Below, one piece after another: positions 29,320 to 38,685 of a stretch of DNA of 56,417 nt. Source of the DNA: an uncultured Gammaproteobacteria bacterium (GTDB taxonomy: Bacteria > Patescibacteriota > Patescibacteriia > UBA9934 > GWF2-40-263); the NCBI GenBank assembly GCA_964402425.1, contig CAYOCD010000006.1:1-56417 (forward strand), given 5' to 3'. The notes beneath the pieces are model-generated. The model worked only from the letters and a program-made list of their open reading frames with translations, ran no database searches and was not told where the DNA came from. Each line of letters starts with the position of its first letter. Position 1 is the stretch's first letter. The position numbers and the translations under genes were made by a program.

Positions 29320-32313
29320 GTGAACGCACGCCTTTTCGTTTTTATCCTGTCCCTCTTCTCAATCGGATGCGAAGAAATTTCTCCTTTCATTTCGGATATT
29401 CATTGGAGTATTCGTAAAGATGTTGATCGTGACGGTATTCCATATCCAGAAGATTGTGATGATCGCAATCCAAAAATTGGCATTCGTGTCTGGTATCAGG
29501 ATATTGATCAAGATGGATTTGGAGCGGGTGGAAAAATCATTGCCTGTTCCATGCCGACGGGTGCAACTATCACGAACACGGATTGTGATGATACAACCGC
29601 GTCCGCCTATCCAACCGCCACGGAACTTTGTGACACCATCGACAACAACTGTAATGGTAGTACCGACGAACTATTTAAAACCCTCGGCACAAGCTGTGGG
29701 ATTGGCGCCTGTTTGGGTGGTACACAAATTTGCACAGCAGATAAAACGAGCACAATCTGTTCAACACAGAACAATGTGAGTTCGGAATCCTGTGACACTA
29801 TTGATAACGACTGCGATGGTAAAACAGATGAAACATTCACAGATCTCGGTTCAGCCTGTGGTGTAGGTGCGTGTAGTGGTGGCAAAAAAATTTGCGCGAC
29901 CAATCTGTCAGGCACCATCTGTTCCACAGACAGCCAATCGAGTTTAGAAATCTGCGACACCATCGATAATGACTGTAATGGTGAAACGGACGAAAACTTG
30001 TTGAAGAAATTCTTCAAGGATCTTGATAAAGATACATATGGCAACGCAAACGCGAATCGTTTTGGTTGTGAAGCGTTACCAAATGAAGTCACTGTCTCTG
30101 GTGATTGCAACGATCAACTCGCAAACGTCTATGCAGGAGCTGTAGAATTTTGTGACACCATCGATAATGACTGCAATGGGCAAACAGATGAATCATCGGC
30201 CGTTGACGCAAAAACACTCTACGCCGATGTGGATCAAGATGGGTACGGAAATATCTTGGTCACAAAAAAATCGTGCCAAATGGAAAGCGGTTGGTCCCTC
30301 ACAAGTAACGATTGCAGCGATCTCAACAAATCCATTCACCCGAATGCGACAGAGACATGCAATACGATCGACGAAAACTGCAACGGAAAGACAGATGAAG
30401 GTGTGTGGCTTACGTTTTTTCCGGATACAGACAAAGACGGATTCGGCGCTCTTTCTGGAGACGTAACGGGATGCACCGCTTCTGCGGGATACGTTTCAAA
30501 CAACACGGACTGCAATGACACAAACAAGAACGCATATCCAAATGCGATCGAACAGTGCGATAACAAGATCGACGAAAATTGCGACGGGATCACAGACAAT
30601 GCGTCAAACGCAAGTCTCTGGTATCTCGATGCCGACAAGGATAGCTACGGCACAAGTGCTGTTTCGATCTACGCCTGCACACCCCCTGTCGATTATGTCG
30701 CAAACAAAAGTGATTGCAATGATTCAAACAATACCATTCACCCAAACGCGATCGAACTATGCAAAGACAGCATCGACAACGATTGCAACGGTATCACGGA
30801 CACAGACACGCAAGTTGTGACCTGGTACCTCGATTTCGATCAAGACGAATTCGGGGATGCTGCGCAAACGAAACTCGATTGTGCACAACCCGCGGGATAC
30901 GTTAAAAACAACAATGACTGCAATGACAAAGATCTGTTTATCCATCCAAACGCAAAAGAAATTTGCAATAACGGCGTGGATGACAATTGCGACAAAGCTG
31001 TCAACCAATGTGTTCTAACAGGAGTTATCAAAATTGCTGACGTAAACACCATTCAACTCACAGGACCGGAAAACCAAAACTTTGCTTCCGCTGTAGCAAC
31101 ATGTGATCTAAACAACGATGGATTAGACGATCTCATTGTTGGCTCACCGGCCACAAACGCAAATCAAGGAAAAATTTCCATCTACCTGTCCCCTCTCAAA
31201 AACAACATGGCTGTAAGCCATGAGATTCTCGGACTCGCAAGCGGTTTATTTGGAACAAGTCTTGCGTGCACGAAATCAAAAAATGGCCCCGTCCTCGCTG
31301 TTGGTTCCCCAGGGGACCAAACAGGTGGTAACAGTGCCGGAGCTGTCTATCTCTTTAAAACGTCTCTGTTGAACGTTGTGTCTGCAACAAAAGCTGATGC
31401 AAAATGGATAGGCACGACACAAAACATGGAAGTTGGTATTTCGTGTATAACCATCCCCGATCAAAACAACGATCAGATCGACGATTTCTTTGTCGGAGCG
31501 GATGGATACAACGGTGGAACTGGAGCATTTGCAGGAGCAGGCTTTGTCCTGAGCTCAGCGTCGCTCGGAACAGAGATGATCCAAAATGCATTTACGAGTG
31601 TCATCAACAAAACAAAAGACGAACTCGCTGGAACAGCTCTTGCCGCCGGATTTCTCAACCCTGACGGAAAACTCGATCTTATTCTCGGAGCCACTTCAAG
31701 CGATGTTGCCGCCACAGATGCGGGCATCGTCTACACTCACCTTGGACCTTTTGCAGGATCGGTTTACACAACGGACAGCAAACCCCTTTATGGGATTTCC
31801 CCATTCGATCATTTTGGACACAGTCTTTGGAGCGGCTTCGATCTGACAGGAGACACACTCGACGATCTGCTGATTGGCTCTCCAGGAAACGGCAACGCGC
31901 AAAACACAGGCTTTATCCAAGTCGCCAGATGGAATACGCAAGGAACAAATCTGCCATTTCTTGTCACGACACTTGAATCCGCCATCGGTGGAGATCGACT
32001 CGGATATTCCGTTTCAAGCGGACACGTGAACACGGATTCCACAGGTGACATTCTGGTCGGATCCCCAGGAGCGGATGACGCCGGATTCAATACAGGAAGT
32101 GTTTTCCTTCAGTACGGACCCATTCTCAAAGATGGTGATATTCGCAAGACAGCGCATCTCAGAATTGATGGAGATACAACAAGTGGACAACTAGGTTGGC
32201 TCGTAAAAATCGTCCCAGATCTAAATGGAGATGATATTCCCGACCTTATCCTGGTTGCCAAATCAACCAAACCTCTTCGAAAACTTTACGTTTTCCCTGG
32301 GGCCGGATTCTAA
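29320..32313 (+). CDS. Lipoprotein with about 8-9 MopE-type Cys-rich putative metal-binding repeats followed by an FG-GAP/integrin-alpha-like beta-propeller
   Basis: GTG start and lipobox LFSIGC. The repeat CxDxNxxIxPxAxExCDxIDNDCNGxTDE recurs from about 29440 to 31010. FG-GAP motifs (DLNNDGLDDLIVGSP, DLTGDTLDDLLIGSPG, DLNGDDIPDLILVA) follow from about 31010 to 32313. Confidence 0.85.
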   Translation: MNARLFVFILSLFSIGCEEISPFISDIHWSIRKDVDRDGIPYPEDCDDRNPKIGIRVWYQDIDQDGFGAGGKIIACSMPTGATITNTDCDDTTASAYPTATELCDTIDNNCNGSTDELFKTLGTSCGIGACLGGTQICTADKTSTICSTQNNVSSESCDTIDNDCDGKTDETFTDLGSACGVGACSGGKKICATNLSGTICSTDSQSSLEICDTIDNDCNGETDENLLKKFFKDLDKDTYGNANANRFGCEALPNEVTVSGDCNDQLANVYAGAVEFCDTIDNDCNGQTDESSAVDAKTLYADVDQDGYGNILVTKKSCQMESGWSLTSNDCSDLNKSIHPNATETCNTIDENCNGKTDEGVWLTFFPDTDKDGFGALSGDVTGCTASAGYVSNNTDCNDTNKNAYPNAIEQCDNKIDENCDGITDNASNASLWYLDADKDSYGTSAVSIYACTPPVDYVANKSDCNDSNNTIHPNAIELCKDSIDNDCNGITDTDTQVVTWYLDFDQDEFGDAAQTKLDCAQPAGYVKNNNDCNDKDLFIHPNAKEICNNGVDDNCDKAVNQCVLTGVIKIADVNTIQLTGPENQNFASAVATCDLNNDGLDDLIVGSPATNANQGKISIYLSPLKNNMAVSHEILGLASGLFGTSLACTKSKNGPVLAVGSPGDQTGGNSAGAVYLFKTSLLNVVSATKADAKWIGTTQNMEVGISCITIPDQNNDQIDDFFVGADGYNGGTGAFAGAGFVLSSASLGTEMIQNAFTSVINKTKDELAGTALAAGFLNPDGKLDLILGATSSDVAATDAGIVYTHLGPFAGSVYTTDSKPLYGISPFDHFGHSLWSGFDLTGDTLDDLLIGSPGNGNAQNTGFIQVARWNTQGTNLPFLVTTLESAIGGDRLGYSVSSGHVNTDSTGDILVGSPGADDAGFNTGSVFLQYGPILKDGDIRKTAHLRIDGDTTSGQLGWLVKIVPDLNGDDIPDLILVAKSTKPLRKLYVFPGAGF

Positions 32314-32319
32314 CGTATC

Positions 32320-32345
32320 GCCCCATATATGGGGCTTTTTTATTT
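32320..32345 (+). terminator. Terminator after the MopE/FG-GAP gene
   Basis: Stem GCCCCA/TGGGGC with loop TATA, followed by a T6 run. Confidence 0.75.
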
Positions 32346-32490
32346 GTTTTTACTTTTGTTGTCACCGCTTGACGCATTTCATTTATCAGGTTAAAGTTCG
32401 TCATTCCCATGCTTGTGAAAGGGAAAGGCTTGAAAGACAATACCCACAAAAACGCTCAAAAAAGGGCCCATGTAGGTCGTCTTTCACAAT

Positions 32491-32526
32491 ATCTAAAGCC
32501 TTTATCGCCTCTATAGCCCTTATTGC
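32491..32526 (-). repeat. Tandem 9-mer array (GCAATAAGG GCTATAGAG GCGATAAAG GCTTTAGAT on the minus strand)
   Basis: Read directly. It ends 14 nt upstream of the DHH gene ATG. Confidence 0.7.
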
Positions 32527-32539
32527 TTTTCCGAACAAC

Positions 32540-33682
32540 ATGGCCCTCGCGCAATCTCAACAAATATTAGAAATATTTAAACGGAGCACACGTCCGCTTC
32601 TTTGTATTCCCTCTGGAGCAAGTGCGGATCATTATGCTTCCGCAATTGGACTTGCCCGTGTTCTTGAAAAACTGGAAAAAAAACCAACGATTGTTGCGGC
32701 AAACGGTGCCGCTCCTAAAAACATTCATTTCCTTCCTGGACATGATCAGATCAAACATTCCATGGAGAACTTGCGTCAGTTTGTTATTGAGCTTGATGCA
32801 ACAAAAACAAAAGTCGATGAACTCACCTATGAACTAAAAGGAGAAAAATTATTTGTATACCTCTCCCCTAAAAAAGGTTTTTGGGATGCTTCTGACGTGA
32901 AAACATCTTCATCTGGATACAAGTACGATCTTATTATTTGTATCGGGTCTCCCGATTACGAATCATGCGCACACCTGTATCAAGAAAACACAGACTTCTT
33001 CTTCCGTACACCCATCATCAACATCGATCACACACCAGAAAATGAACACTATGGCCAAATCAACATTGTTGATTTAACAGCATCTGCCTGCGGTGAAGTG
33101 TGTCATGATCTGATCGAAGCTATTGAACCCGGACTCATGGATGAAGAGATTTCAACAGCATTTTTAACAGGCATGATTGCAAAAACAAAAAGTTTTAAAA
33201 CAAAAAACGTCACCCCAAAAACACTACAAACAGCAAGCAAACTCATTGCGCGCGGAGCAAAACGCGAACACATCATTCAAAACCTCTACCGAACACGCTC
33301 CGTTTCAACACTCCGTTTATGGGGCCGCGCTCTTGCACGCTTAAAAACAGATGAACAAGCACATCTTGTTTGGACCATGCTCTCAGCGCAAGATTTCATG
33401 CACGCAGGCGCCGAAGAACACGATCTTCCAGATGTCATCGATGAACTTCTTTCCTCTTCCCCAAACGCACGCGTTACAGTCCTCCTTTTTGAAACAGCTC
33501 AACATGAAATAAAAGCTATTGTGCGCACAGAACGCCCACTTGATGCCATTGCCTTGTGTACCCCATTTCATTCAGCTGGCACACACGAAGAAGTCCGACT
33601 CACCTTCCCAAACAAAACTATTACGCAAACAGAACGGGAACTTATTGATCACATCAAAAAAACAATTCTCGCTTCTCAATAA
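32540..33682 (+). CDS. DHH/DHHA1 family phosphoesterase-like protein (NrnA-like, catalytic motifs degenerate)
   Basis: The overall NrnA-like layout is present, but motif positions read SGASAD, NIDHT and SAGTHE instead of DGD, DHH and GGGH. The start is trimmed to MALAQSQQILEIF at 32540. Confidence 0.6.
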   Translation: MALAQSQQILEIFKRSTRPLLCIPSGASADHYASAIGLARVLEKLEKKPTIVAANGAAPKNIHFLPGHDQIKHSMENLRQFVIELDATKTKVDELTYELKGEKLFVYLSPKKGFWDASDVKTSSSGYKYDLIICIGSPDYESCAHLYQENTDFFFRTPIINIDHTPENEHYGQINIVDLTASACGEVCHDLIEAIEPGLMDEEISTAFLTGMIAKTKSFKTKNVTPKTLQTASKLIARGAKREHIIQNLYRTRSVSTLRLWGRALARLKTDEQAHLVWTMLSAQDFMHAGAEEHDLPDVIDELLSSSPNARVTVLLFETAQHEIKAIVRTERPLDAIALCTPFHSAGTHEEVRLTFPNKTITQTERELIDHIKKTILASQ

Positions 33683-33717
33683 AAATATCCCCACCATAAA
33701 CGGTGGGGATATTTTTT
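33681..33717. terminator. Bidirectional terminator between convergent genes
   Basis: 11-bp stem ATATCCCCACC/GGTGGGGATAT flanked by A- and T-runs. Confidence 0.8.
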
Positions 33718-36094
33718 AACGCACAGACGGTACTTCCGGCTGAAGTGGTTCCGGAATAATCACCTCTTCTTGTCCGATTTCGAGTTTTTTCAAACGTTCT
33801 TGCACCGCTTTGTTATTAGGATTCAGAAGCAAAACCTTTTTCACAAACTCAATCGCTTTTTCTTGATCATTCTGCATCTCATACACACTCGCCAAATACC
33901 AAAGTGCATTCGCGTATTGCGGATTAATGGTGATCAATCGTTCCAATTCATGTTTCGCCGCATCTACATTATTTGAACGAATATATAATTGTGCAAGTTC
34001 AAACCCAAGCCCAATATCATTCGGTGTATTTTTAACGAGAGCAACCAAACGTTTGATCGCTTGATCCAACTCTCCTTCACGATCATACGTTGCAGCAAGA
34101 TAATAATGCGCAGGCAAATAATCTCCTTTCAATTCAATAGCGCGCTTCAATGCTTCTTCTGCAGTTGAAAGTAATTTTTGCTCTTGTTCCTGCGCTTGCT
34201 TCGCTTGATCTGCATCTTCCGATTGTTTTAACGCATGTGCACGATCTGCTACCGCAAGATAAACGCGCGCGAGATCTACAAAGTGAGTTGGGTTTGTCGG
34301 TTCTAGCCGAATTGTATTCATAAATGCACTTGCCGCAAGGGTCTCCGCATTTTCCGCAAACGGCATCACCTCACGATACAACATCCCAAGAAATTGCCAG
34401 TTTGCAACCTTGTTTGTTTCAAGCTTTGTTGCACGTACTCCCATCAGAACAGCGGCAGACACATTCTCAGAAATTTCTTTTGTTTGTTCTGCGGTCATTT
34501 TTTGACCATGGAGTCCTTGGATTTTTTGTGATGCTTGCAAAAAGAGAGCAAAACTTAAATTACGTGCATACGTATCATTCAAAGGATTAAACCGCACAGC
34601 CTCACGAAGATATTTAATGACTTGCTGTCTATCCCCCTGCTTTGCATCGAGTTGTACAGCTTGCACAAACGCTCGTTCTCCAAAAAATCTCCCCCCAACC
34701 AAAAACATCGAAACAACCATTCCCACAATAACGAACAGGAACAAGAAAGATGCAAGTAACCCTAATTTCGGAGAACGCTTAAAATCTGTTTTCCATACAG
34801 ATGGAAGAAGATGTGCAACCAACATTCCACTTATGGCCCATAACAAAAATTCCAAAGTCATGTTTGATGCATACAAAACCTGTGAAAGCACAAGCATGCT
34901 CCATGCAACAAAAAGAACATAGGTCATTTTCCATGTCTGATGATCACGCACACGTACAAGACGTTTCAGAGAAAGCATTCCAATCCATCCCATACAAACA
35001 ACCCAAGCAAGTGTTCCAACAAGTCCAATGTCTGAAAGACGCGTTAAAAAGGCAGAAGCAGAACGATCAAATAGAAGCTCCCAAAAAGGTGATGCATTGA
35101 CGTTTACTGGTTTAAATAATGCATATTGGAGAGAAAACGTTCCTGGACCAGATCCAAAAAATAACTGCGGAACTCCTGATGTGAGTGTTGCGTGCGCAAT
35201 CTGCCAACTCGACTCAAAACTCGGTGTAACCAATAAAGGAAGTTTAAACGAAAATGGAGACGGGAGAAACAGAAAAATAACAGACGCAGAAAGAAGCATG
35301 AGTGGAAACAAAAATCTACGGAAATTTGGAAATTCTTTTGTTTGTAAAAAACCAAAAGACGCAAGCAGAAGAACACCAAAAATGGTCAGAACCCAAAAGA
35401 CCCAATAATCAACCGCTATCAAAAAAACAAACGTTGTAATAAAAACGAAAAAAATCAAAACACGTGTTACGATTCCACTCACCCCTTTTGGAATGATGTG
35501 ATCTGTTCCTTCATGCGAAACCAACCAAAGAGCCAGTCCAAGAAACATGACAATCAAAAGAAAAAGAGTCATGCCATTAAACGTTCCAACCGTATTAAAT
35601 ATCGCAGATTGCGCAAACGGAAACGGAAGAAAAAAAACGTGAAATAATTGCAATAAGGCAAACCCTCCTACAAGTACTGCGGAAAGAAGAAGAGAAAAAA
35701 GGGCTCGGCGTTGCGCAACAACATCTTCATGAACATTCGCAAACAGATAAAAAACACTTAGTAACAAAGCTGCGGTCAAAAAACTGGCGTATTCTTGTGA
35801 AGATTGCCCGACCCATGTCTGATACGTCATTTTTGAAAATAGAGATGCTATCAAAACAGAAAGAAAAAAAATCGCTGGGGCGATATTAACAAGCCCAGAT
35901 CGAAATTCACATCGTCTTTGCACAACCCGCGCCCCAAACCACGCAACAAGTCCAACAATCGTCAAAACAACCAAAACAGTTTGTTTATTTGGTTCAAGAA
36001 CATCCTGTGTCCAAGGAAGAAAAAAAAGGGGAATGAAAAAAAGAAGAAGATATGTTGTCCAACGCGTCAGGGAATCAAAAAATTTACTCCACAT
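33716..36094 (-). CDS. Wzy_C (O-antigen ligase-like) polytopic membrane domain fused to a C-terminal TPR domain
   Basis: More than 10 TM segments, the motif FFGSGPGTFSLQY, then about 300 aa of TPR repeats (AHYYLAATYDREGELDQAIKRL, ALWYLASVYEMQNDQEKAIEF). Confidence 0.75.
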   Translation of the reverse strand: MWSKFFDSLTRWTTYLLLFFIPLFFLPWTQDVLEPNKQTVLVVLTIVGLVAWFGARVVQRRCEFRSGLVNIAPAIFFLSVLIASLFSKMTYQTWVGQSSQEYASFLTAALLLSVFYLFANVHEDVVAQRRALFSLLLSAVLVGGFALLQLFHVFFLPFPFAQSAIFNTVGTFNGMTLFLLIVMFLGLALWLVSHEGTDHIIPKGVSGIVTRVLIFFVFITTFVFLIAVDYWVFWVLTIFGVLLLASFGFLQTKEFPNFRRFLFPLMLLSASVIFLFLPSPFSFKLPLLVTPSFESSWQIAHATLTSGVPQLFFGSGPGTFSLQYALFKPVNVNASPFWELLFDRSASAFLTRLSDIGLVGTLAWVVCMGWIGMLSLKRLVRVRDHQTWKMTYVLFVAWSMLVLSQVLYASNMTLEFLLWAISGMLVAHLLPSVWKTDFKRSPKLGLLASFLFLFVIVGMVVSMFLVGGRFFGERAFVQAVQLDAKQGDRQQVIKYLREAVRFNPLNDTYARNLSFALFLQASQKIQGLHGQKMTAEQTKEISENVSAAVLMGVRATKLETNKVANWQFLGMLYREVMPFAENAETLAASAFMNTIRLEPTNPTHFVDLARVYLAVADRAHALKQSEDADQAKQAQEQEQKLLSTAEEALKRAIELKGDYLPAHYYLAATYDREGELDQAIKRLVALVKNTPNDIGLGFELAQLYIRSNNVDAAKHELERLITINPQYANALWYLASVYEMQNDQEKAIEFVKKVLLLNPNNKAVQERLKKLEIGQEEVIIPEPLQPEVPSVR

Positions 36095-36184
36095 AAAGGA
36101 AATTCAAAAATAGAAGGGACAATTTAGACCAAGCATACCATTTTCTCCAACACGAAACAAAATAATTTGCTATAATGATTACCT

Positions 36185-37531
36185 ATGCAACATGTGGAGG
36201 ATTTTTTTTCTTGGATTCAATCTCAATCGTCGCTTGCGTTCTTATCTGAACTCACGCGCCATTTTCGTCATGCAGAAGTTTTTTTTGTTGGAGGTGTTCC
36301 GCGCGATTGGATGCTTCAAAGACACATGGATCACATTGACATTGATCTTGTCATCCGAAACGTTCCTCTTGAACCGTTAATCGAATGGTTGCACAAACAA
36401 GGCAAAGTAGATGTTGTTGGAAAATCGTTCGGTGTCATCAAATTTCGACCGCAAACAAATCTTTCCACCTGTATCGATATAAGCCTCCCTCGCACAGAAC
36501 AATCTCTTCCACAATCACAGGGAGGATATCGTGACACCTCTGTTCAATCCGACGAAAATCTTTCCATGGAAGACGATCTTTCTCGCCGTGATTTTACAGT
36601 AAATGCCATGGCATTTAATTTCCATACACACGAACTCATTGATCCGTTTGGAGGGAAACAAGATTTGGAAAATCATCTTCTGCGCGCTGTTGGAGATCCA
36701 GCCAAACGCTTCAAAGAAGATTTAACGCGTATTTTGCGAGGACTCCGTTTTGCCTGTTCACTTCAATTCGAGATCGAGCCTGACACCTTTACATCCATGA
36801 AAGCTCTCATCCCCGAACTCAATCACCTTCGTTCAGTAGATGGATTGAAAGGATATGTCGTTTCAAGAGAAACAATTGGAGACGAGCTCTCAAAAGCATT
36901 TTTTGCAAACCCTTCACAAACAGTTCATCTCTTACAAGAACTCGGAGCCCTTGAAGAACTTTTTCCAAGTGTGTGGCGACACACACAAATCGATGCACAC
37001 TATCTTGAACCTCTTTATCGCGCGAAACCCCACCACCTTGAACACACGATTGTTCTTCTTCTCAGAAATCTTACAACGGAAGAAGTGCGAACAACGCTCT
37101 CATTTACAGGACTTGAATCCATAAGCAAACAATCCTCTCGACGACTCGATGTCGATCACATTTTGTGGATGATTCAGAAACTCTCTCAACGACTCACCCC
37201 ACAAAATATCACGGTCATGCGTGCCTCGCATTTTGAAAAACAATTTTTAGGCACACGCGGAACACAGCACATGGACCTTCTTGAACACCTTGGACATCAA
37301 ACGGTTGTCGAAGCTGCAAAAAAACGCCGAGCAGAAATCTGCACAAACTGGAATTGCGATGATGATGAACCAATCCCCCCACTCGTAAGTGGAGACGACG
37401 TTCTTCGTCAAGGAATCCCAGCCGGTATGCGCGTACGAGAAATTCTTGAAATGATTCGAGATGAGCAGCTCGACGGAAAAATTCTCACACGAGAAGCAGC
37501 CATTCGATTTATCAAACAACAGATGGAATAA
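36185..37531 (+). CDS. cca: CCA-adding tRNA nucleotidyltransferase (PolyA_pol family)
   Basis: Contains FFVGGVPRDWML..IDIDLV and DLSRRDFTVNAMAF. Confidence 0.85.
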   Translation: MQHVEDFFSWIQSQSSLAFLSELTRHFRHAEVFFVGGVPRDWMLQRHMDHIDIDLVIRNVPLEPLIEWLHKQGKVDVVGKSFGVIKFRPQTNLSTCIDISLPRTEQSLPQSQGGYRDTSVQSDENLSMEDDLSRRDFTVNAMAFNFHTHELIDPFGGKQDLENHLLRAVGDPAKRFKEDLTRILRGLRFACSLQFEIEPDTFTSMKALIPELNHLRSVDGLKGYVVSRETIGDELSKAFFANPSQTVHLLQELGALEELFPSVWRHTQIDAHYLEPLYRAKPHHLEHTIVLLLRNLTTEEVRTTLSFTGLESISKQSSRRLDVDHILWMIQKLSQRLTPQNITVMRASHFEKQFLGTRGTQHMDLLEHLGHQTVVEAAKKRRAEICTNWNCDDDEPIPPLVSGDDVLRQGIPAGMRVREILEMIRDEQLDGKILTREAAIRFIKQQME

Positions 37532-37536
37532 CCATC

Positions 37537-37565
37537 TTGACGCTCTCCCCTATTTCAACTATGAT
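37537..37565 (+). promoter_or_regulatory. Putative promoter TTGACG-17-TATGAT for tRNA-Val(GAC)
   Basis: Read directly. The tRNA starts 28 nt after the -10. Confidence 0.55.
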
Positions 37566-37592
37566 TCCTCGCGTTCGTTATATGAACAGCGA

Positions 37593-37669
37593 GGGCGATT
37601 AGCTCACTTGGTTAGAGCGCTACATTGACATTGTAGAGGTGACTGGTTCGAGTCCAGTATCGCCCACCA
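37593..37669 (+). tRNA. tRNA-Val (anticodon GAC), CCA encoded
   Basis: Acceptor GGGCGAT/ATCGCCC, anticodon stem CTACA/TGTAG, loop ttGACat, and T stem ACTGG/CCAGT. Confidence 0.9.
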
Positions 37670-37700
37670 AAAAACTTCCAATTCGTTGGAAGTTTTTTGT
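37670..37700 (+). terminator. Terminator after tRNA-Val(GAC)
   Basis: Stem AAAACTTCCA/TGGAAGTTTT with loop ATTCG, followed by a T-run. Confidence 0.8.
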
Positions 37701-37868
37701 TTGTGGCGAGCGATTGATATTCTTGATCATTTCAACGACCCTCTTTTTCTTCATGACAGAAGGTTACACATGAAGCGCATTGCGCTCACAAACAGCCAAA
37801 CGGTCATCTGTAAGGGTAAAAATCCCAATTATGCCTTCAAGGTCAAAACGGACGCCTCGAGTCTTTTT

Positions 37869-38351
37869 TTAAAAAAACTTACTCTTATTCCCTGGCATGA
37901 CAGATGCATTTGAAACGCTTGTTTGATCTTCTGTGCTCACATCATTCACCTCTTGTTCTTCATTATCCAAAATAATCCAAGGCTTTGCTTTTGATTTTGA
38001 AATAGCCATGATGAGAAAACCTACAAATGTAAGGACAAGCGTTCCAAACAAAAATGCCCCCATAATTCCATTAAAACCACATCCAATAAAGGCTACTTTT
38101 GTTTGTATGGCACTTGTTGTACTCGCCACACAAGTACGAAGAGCGGGTTCTGCTGTCTTTACACCAAAATAGGCCGCTCCAATTGCACAAGCAAGAGCGA
38201 GAATGGTAAATAAACAGCTAAAGCGTACTTTTCTGACACGACCAAGACGCAAAATAGCCATGACCGCAAAAAAAACCCCCCCCAAAATCCAGTACACAAA
38301 AAACCACAAAATGGAGAGAAATATGATAAATGATTGAAGTCCAACATCCAT
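37869..38351 (-). CDS. Hypothetical membrane protein (4 TM, acidic C-tail)
   Basis: The track ORF 37869..38393 overlaps a tRNA gene, so the start is trimmed to MDVGLQSFIIFL at 38351. Confidence 0.55.
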   Translation of the reverse strand: MDVGLQSFIIFLSILWFFVYWILGGVFFAVMAILRLGRVRKVRFSCLFTILALACAIGAAYFGVKTAEPALRTCVASTTSAIQTKVAFIGCGFNGIMGAFLFGTLVLTFVGFLIMAISKSKAKPWIILDNEEQEVNDVSTEDQTSVSNASVMPGNKSKFF

Positions 38352-38366
38352 AATGAGATAATTTTC

Positions 38367-38443
38367 TGGTGGGCGTGCTTGGACTTGAACCAAGGACCAC
38401 AGAGGTATAAGCTCTGCGCTCTAACCAGCTGAGCTACACGCCC
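38367..38443 (-). tRNA. tRNA-Ile (anticodon UAU), CCA encoded
   Basis: The reverse complement folds as GGGCGTG-ta-GCTC..GAGC-g-CAGAG-cuUAUac-CTCTG-tggtc-CTTGG-ttcaagt-CCAAG-CACGCCC-a-cca. Confidence 0.85.
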
Positions 38444-38510
38444 GGAATAGCTTCGCGGCTGTTAGTGTAGTATAACACGGGACGAAGTCAACATGATACA
38501 ATAATCTCCT

Positions 38511-38681
38511 ATGATCTTTCTTATTCTTGGCCCCATTCTCTTTATTCTTGGTTTTTGGATGCGGTCACGCTTCAAACGCAAAGATCACGGGGCAGGTGTG
38601 GAAGGAATGAATGCCATCTTAGTCGCCGCCACCATTTTAACTATTTTTTACGGAATCATTAATCGTCTCACGATTCTCTAA
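38511..38681 (+). CDS. Small 2-TM membrane protein (56 aa, below the track threshold)
   Basis: Sequence MIFLILGPILFILGFWMRSRFKRKDHGAGVEGMNAILVAATILTIFYGIINRLTIL. It ends 4 nt before the rluD-like ATG. Confidence 0.4.
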   Translation: MIFLILGPILFILGFWMRSRFKRKDHGAGVEGMNAILVAATILTIFYGIINRLTIL

Positions 38682-38685
38682 CCTT

